Positions 61,482 to 64,000 of a stretch of DNA of 64,000 nt are shown here, in pieces. A program made the position numbers and the translations under genes. How positions within the stretch are numbered: position 1 is the stretch's first letter; each line of letters opens with the position of its first letter. The DNA comes from an uncultured Acidobacteriota bacterium (lineage in GTDB: Bacteria; Acidobacteriota; Vicinamibacteria; Fen-336): NCBI GenBank assembly GCA_963720545.1, contig OY970399.1, forward strand, positions 640,001-704,000, in the 5' to 3' direction. Under the pieces are notes generated by a model. That model had not been told where the DNA came from. It worked only from the letters and a program-made list of their open reading frames with translations, and searched no databases.

Positions 61482-61496
61482 TGGCGCGAACGTTGC
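61482..61496 (+). promoter_or_regulatory. Sigma-54 promoter for TonB-dependent receptor
   Basis: TGGCGC-GAACG-TTGC (GG-N10-GC). Confidence 0.65.
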
Positions 61497-61566
61497 TCGC
61501 ATTAACTTACACTTCGACTCCTTTCTTGATAACCGGGGCGTGTCGAACCCCATCTGGAGGTCACGC

Positions 61567-64000
61567 ATGAAAAAAGCAGTAGGCCTTGCTCTCCTCTGCC
61601 TACTTGCATTGATGCCTGCCGCATGGGCCCAGTCCTCAGCGATTGTGGCCGGCGTGGCAACCGACGAATCGGGCGCGGTCCTGCCCGGTGTCACGGTCAC
61701 GCTCGCAGGCGTCAACGGTACGCGCTCAGCGGTTTCGACGTCGGAAGGCGAGTATCGCTTCCTGAACGTCGATCCGGGAACCTACACCCTCAGTGCTGCG
61801 ATGACGGGCTTCGGCACGATCAGCCGGTCCATCACCGTGAACCTGGCGTCAAACATCAAGTTCGACTTTCCGATGAAGGTGCGCCAGCTCGAAGAGGCGG
61901 TCACCGTCACCAGCGAACTGCCGGTCGTCGACACCAAGCGCGTCGGCACGGCCACGGTGCTCACCAATGCCGAGCTGTCGCAGACGCCGCAGTCGCGCGA
62001 CCCCTGGGCGGTGTTGAAGTCCGTGCCCGGCGTGCTAGTCGATCGCGTCTCGATCGCCGGCTCCGAAGCCGGCCAGCAGTCGAGCTTCGTCGCCAAGGGG
62101 GCTTCGCCGCTCGATACGACCTACAGCATTGACGGCGTCGTCGTCACCGACACGTCGTGTGGCGGTTGCTCGCCGGCCTACTACGACTTCGACTCGTTCG
62201 AGGAAATCAAGGTCGACACCGGCGGCAACGACCTCAAGGTATCGACGGGCGGCGTTGGCCTGAACTTCATGACCAAGCGCGGCACGAACAACTTCCACGG
62301 CAACATCCACACTTTCTTCAGCCACGACAAGCTGCAGTCGGGCAACCTGCCCGACGACCTGGTCGGAGATCCGCGTCTCGCCGGCAGCGACAAGGCCCAG
62401 CACCTCGACCAGATCAACGACTATGGCGCCGACATCGGCGGCCCGATCATCAAGGACAAGCTGTGGTTCTGGGGCGCTTACGGCAAGAACGACATCCGCC
62501 TGAAGCGGCTCAACCAGACACAGGACAAGACGCTCCTCAAGATCTGGAACGCCAAGGTCAACTGGCAGGCCACCGACAACGACATGGTGTCGTTCTTCTT
62601 CAACAACAACCTCAAGGCGAAGTTCGGCCGCTCCCCCGGACAAGCAGGCTTTGAGCCCGACACCTACCTCTGGAACCAGGGTACGTTCTACGAAGAGGAC
62701 GGCTGCGGCCTGCCATGCGGCGCGCACGGCTTGTTCAAGTTCGAAGACAACCACATCGTCAACCAGAACTTCTTCATCAACGCCAAGTACGCCTTCTTCA
62801 ACTGGGGCTACGGCTTCGAGCCGCGCGGCGGCATGGACCTCGACAACGGCATCGACCTCGTCAACAACGTGGCGTATGGCTCGTCGTCTCGCTACCGCTC
62901 GTTCCGGCCCTGGCACGTTGCCAACATCGACGGCAACTACTTCAAGAGCGCCAACGGCGGCAGCCACGAATTCAAGTTTGGTTTCGGCTACCGCCGCAAC
63001 CCGACCACCTCCACCACGACCTTCGCGGGATCGAGCGTTGTCGCCAAGCAGAACGACATCAACGCCGCCGGCCAGGGCATCGGCTACGCGCTGGTCTACC
63101 GCAACCGCATCGCCAAGTTCCGTGGCGAGAACCTCAGCGCCTACGTCGGCGACAGCTTCACCAAGGGTCGGCTGACGGTGAATGCCGGGATCCGCTGGGA
63201 CCGGCAGACGGCGCAGAATCTCGACAGCGACACCCCCGCGAACCCGCTCTTCCCCGAGCTGGTGCCGGCGGTGTCGATCAGGGCCAACGACCTGACGAGC
63301 ATCAAGTGGAAGAACTTCTCCCCCCGGATCAGCGGCAGCCTCGCGCTCGACGACTCGCGCAAGACGGTCGTGCGGGCCTCCTACGCGCGCTACGCCGGTC
63401 AGCTCAACAACCTCGACGTCCTGAACAACAACGCCGTGGGCGCCTACTATCCGTATCTGGCGTACAACTGGGTGGACCTCAACGGCGACCATTTCGCCCA
63501 GAGGAACGAGGTGCTGGTGGGCGACGGCGTCGCCTACAACAACGTCATCGACCCGGCCAATCCGGCCGGCTCCAGCACGCCCAACCAGGTCGATCCGAAC
63601 TACAAGGCGAACGTCGATCACGAGTTCATCGTGGGAATCGACAAGGAGCTGGCGCCGAACTTCGCCGTGAACTTCGCCTACACCTGGCGGCGCGGCAACA
63701 ACATCACCGCGTGGAACCCACGCGTTGGCTTGACCGTTGACGACTACACCGCGAATGACCCCGTTACGATCAACGGCTTCACGGCACAGACGTTCTCGCC
63801 CAACCCGGATCTCGTGGCGCAGTTTGGCGGCGGCCGCACCGTTACCAACCGCCCCGACTTCCACCGCGGCTACAACGGCCTCGAGTTGAGCCTCATCAAG
63901 CGCCTGTCGAACAAGTGGATGGCGCGCGCGGCCTTCTCGTACATGAACTGGAAGGAATACATCGACGGCCCCAATGCCGCGCAGAATCCGACGCCTACCG
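61567..64000 (+). CDS. TonB-dependent receptor with N-terminal carboxypeptidase-regulatory-like domain (Oar-like), truncated by window end
   Basis: GGAGG SD; MKKAVGLALL..AWAQ; DESGAVLPGVTVT, GTYTL, SRDPWAVL..VPGV, KRGTNNFHG, GGPIIKDKLWFW, FSPRIS. Not in the ORF track because no stop is in the window. Confidence 0.93.
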   Translation, partial: MKKAVGLALLCLLALMPAAWAQSSAIVAGVATDESGAVLPGVTVTLAGVNGTRSAVSTSEGEYRFLNVDPGTYTLSAAMTGFGTISRSITVNLASNIKFDFPMKVRQLEEAVTVTSELPVVDTKRVGTATVLTNAELSQTPQSRDPWAVLKSVPGVLVDRVSIAGSEAGQQSSFVAKGASPLDTTYSIDGVVVTDTSCGGCSPAYYDFDSFEEIKVDTGGNDLKVSTGGVGLNFMTKRGTNNFHGNIHTFFSHDKLQSGNLPDDLVGDPRLAGSDKAQHLDQINDYGADIGGPIIKDKLWFWGAYGKNDIRLKRLNQTQDKTLLKIWNAKVNWQATDNDMVSFFFNNNLKAKFGRSPGQAGFEPDTYLWNQGTFYEEDGCGLPCGAHGLFKFEDNHIVNQNFFINAKYAFFNWGYGFEPRGGMDLDNGIDLVNNVAYGSSSRYRSFRPWHVANIDGNYFKSANGGSHEFKFGFGYRRNPTTSTTTFAGSSVVAKQNDINAAGQGIGYALVYRNRIAKFRGENLSAYVGDSFTKGRLTVNAGIRWDRQTAQNLDSDTPANPLFPELVPAVSIRANDLTSIKWKNFSPRISGSLALDDSRKTVVRASYARYAGQLNNLDVLNNNAVGAYYPYLAYNWVDLNGDHFAQRNEVLVGDGVAYNNVIDPANPAGSSTPNQVDPNYKANVDHEFIVGIDKELAPNFAVNFAYTWRRGNNITAWNPRVGLTVDDYTANDPVTINGFTAQTFSPNPDLVAQFGGGRTVTNRPDFHRGYNGLELSLIKRLSNKWMARAAFSYMNWKEYIDGPNAAQNPTPT

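Overview
High-GC bacterial chromosomal window, most likely Acidobacteriota (inferred from an ADOP-type duplicated permease, an Oar-like TonB-dependent receptor and typical small secreted proteins). In order it contains: an ECF sigma factor/Ser-Thr kinase pair with a divergent secreted-protein gene; a minus-strand envelope/housekeeping operon (cupin, Amidase_3, GerMN, aminotransferase, TPR-CxxC protein, CYTH, MurU-like, AmgK-like, asnS); a TetR-controlled YbhGFSR-like ABC efflux operon with outer membrane factor; tmRNA; aldo/keto reductase; a GAF-like protein with a RomX-like C-terminus; Slt; rph; a DinB-RdgB fusion; tRNA-Pro, -Arg(UCU) and -His; a ~0.9 kb integrase-less element at tRNA-His bounded by a 41-bp direct repeat, carrying one secreted-protein gene behind a highly structured 5' leader; MocR regulator; ADOP permease; pirin; a Zn-peptidase/ATP-grasp/MltB group; ogt; Fis-like and MarR genes; a ~13 kb cluster of six GT-C-like membrane proteins with a polyprenol-phosphate sugar synthase and a methyltransferase; RNase D; a DHH phosphoesterase; tRNA-Arg(UCG) followed by a lower-GC accessory block; and a truncated TonB-dependent receptor. 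Seven +1 frameshifts (asnS, AmgK-like, permease) look like sequencing errors. No CRISPR array, integrase or transposase was seen. All family calls come from motifs read by eye, without database searches. The best novelty candidates are the structured leader RNA and micro-island at tRNA-His, the RomX-like domain protein, the GT-C cluster and the peptidase/ATP-grasp pair.
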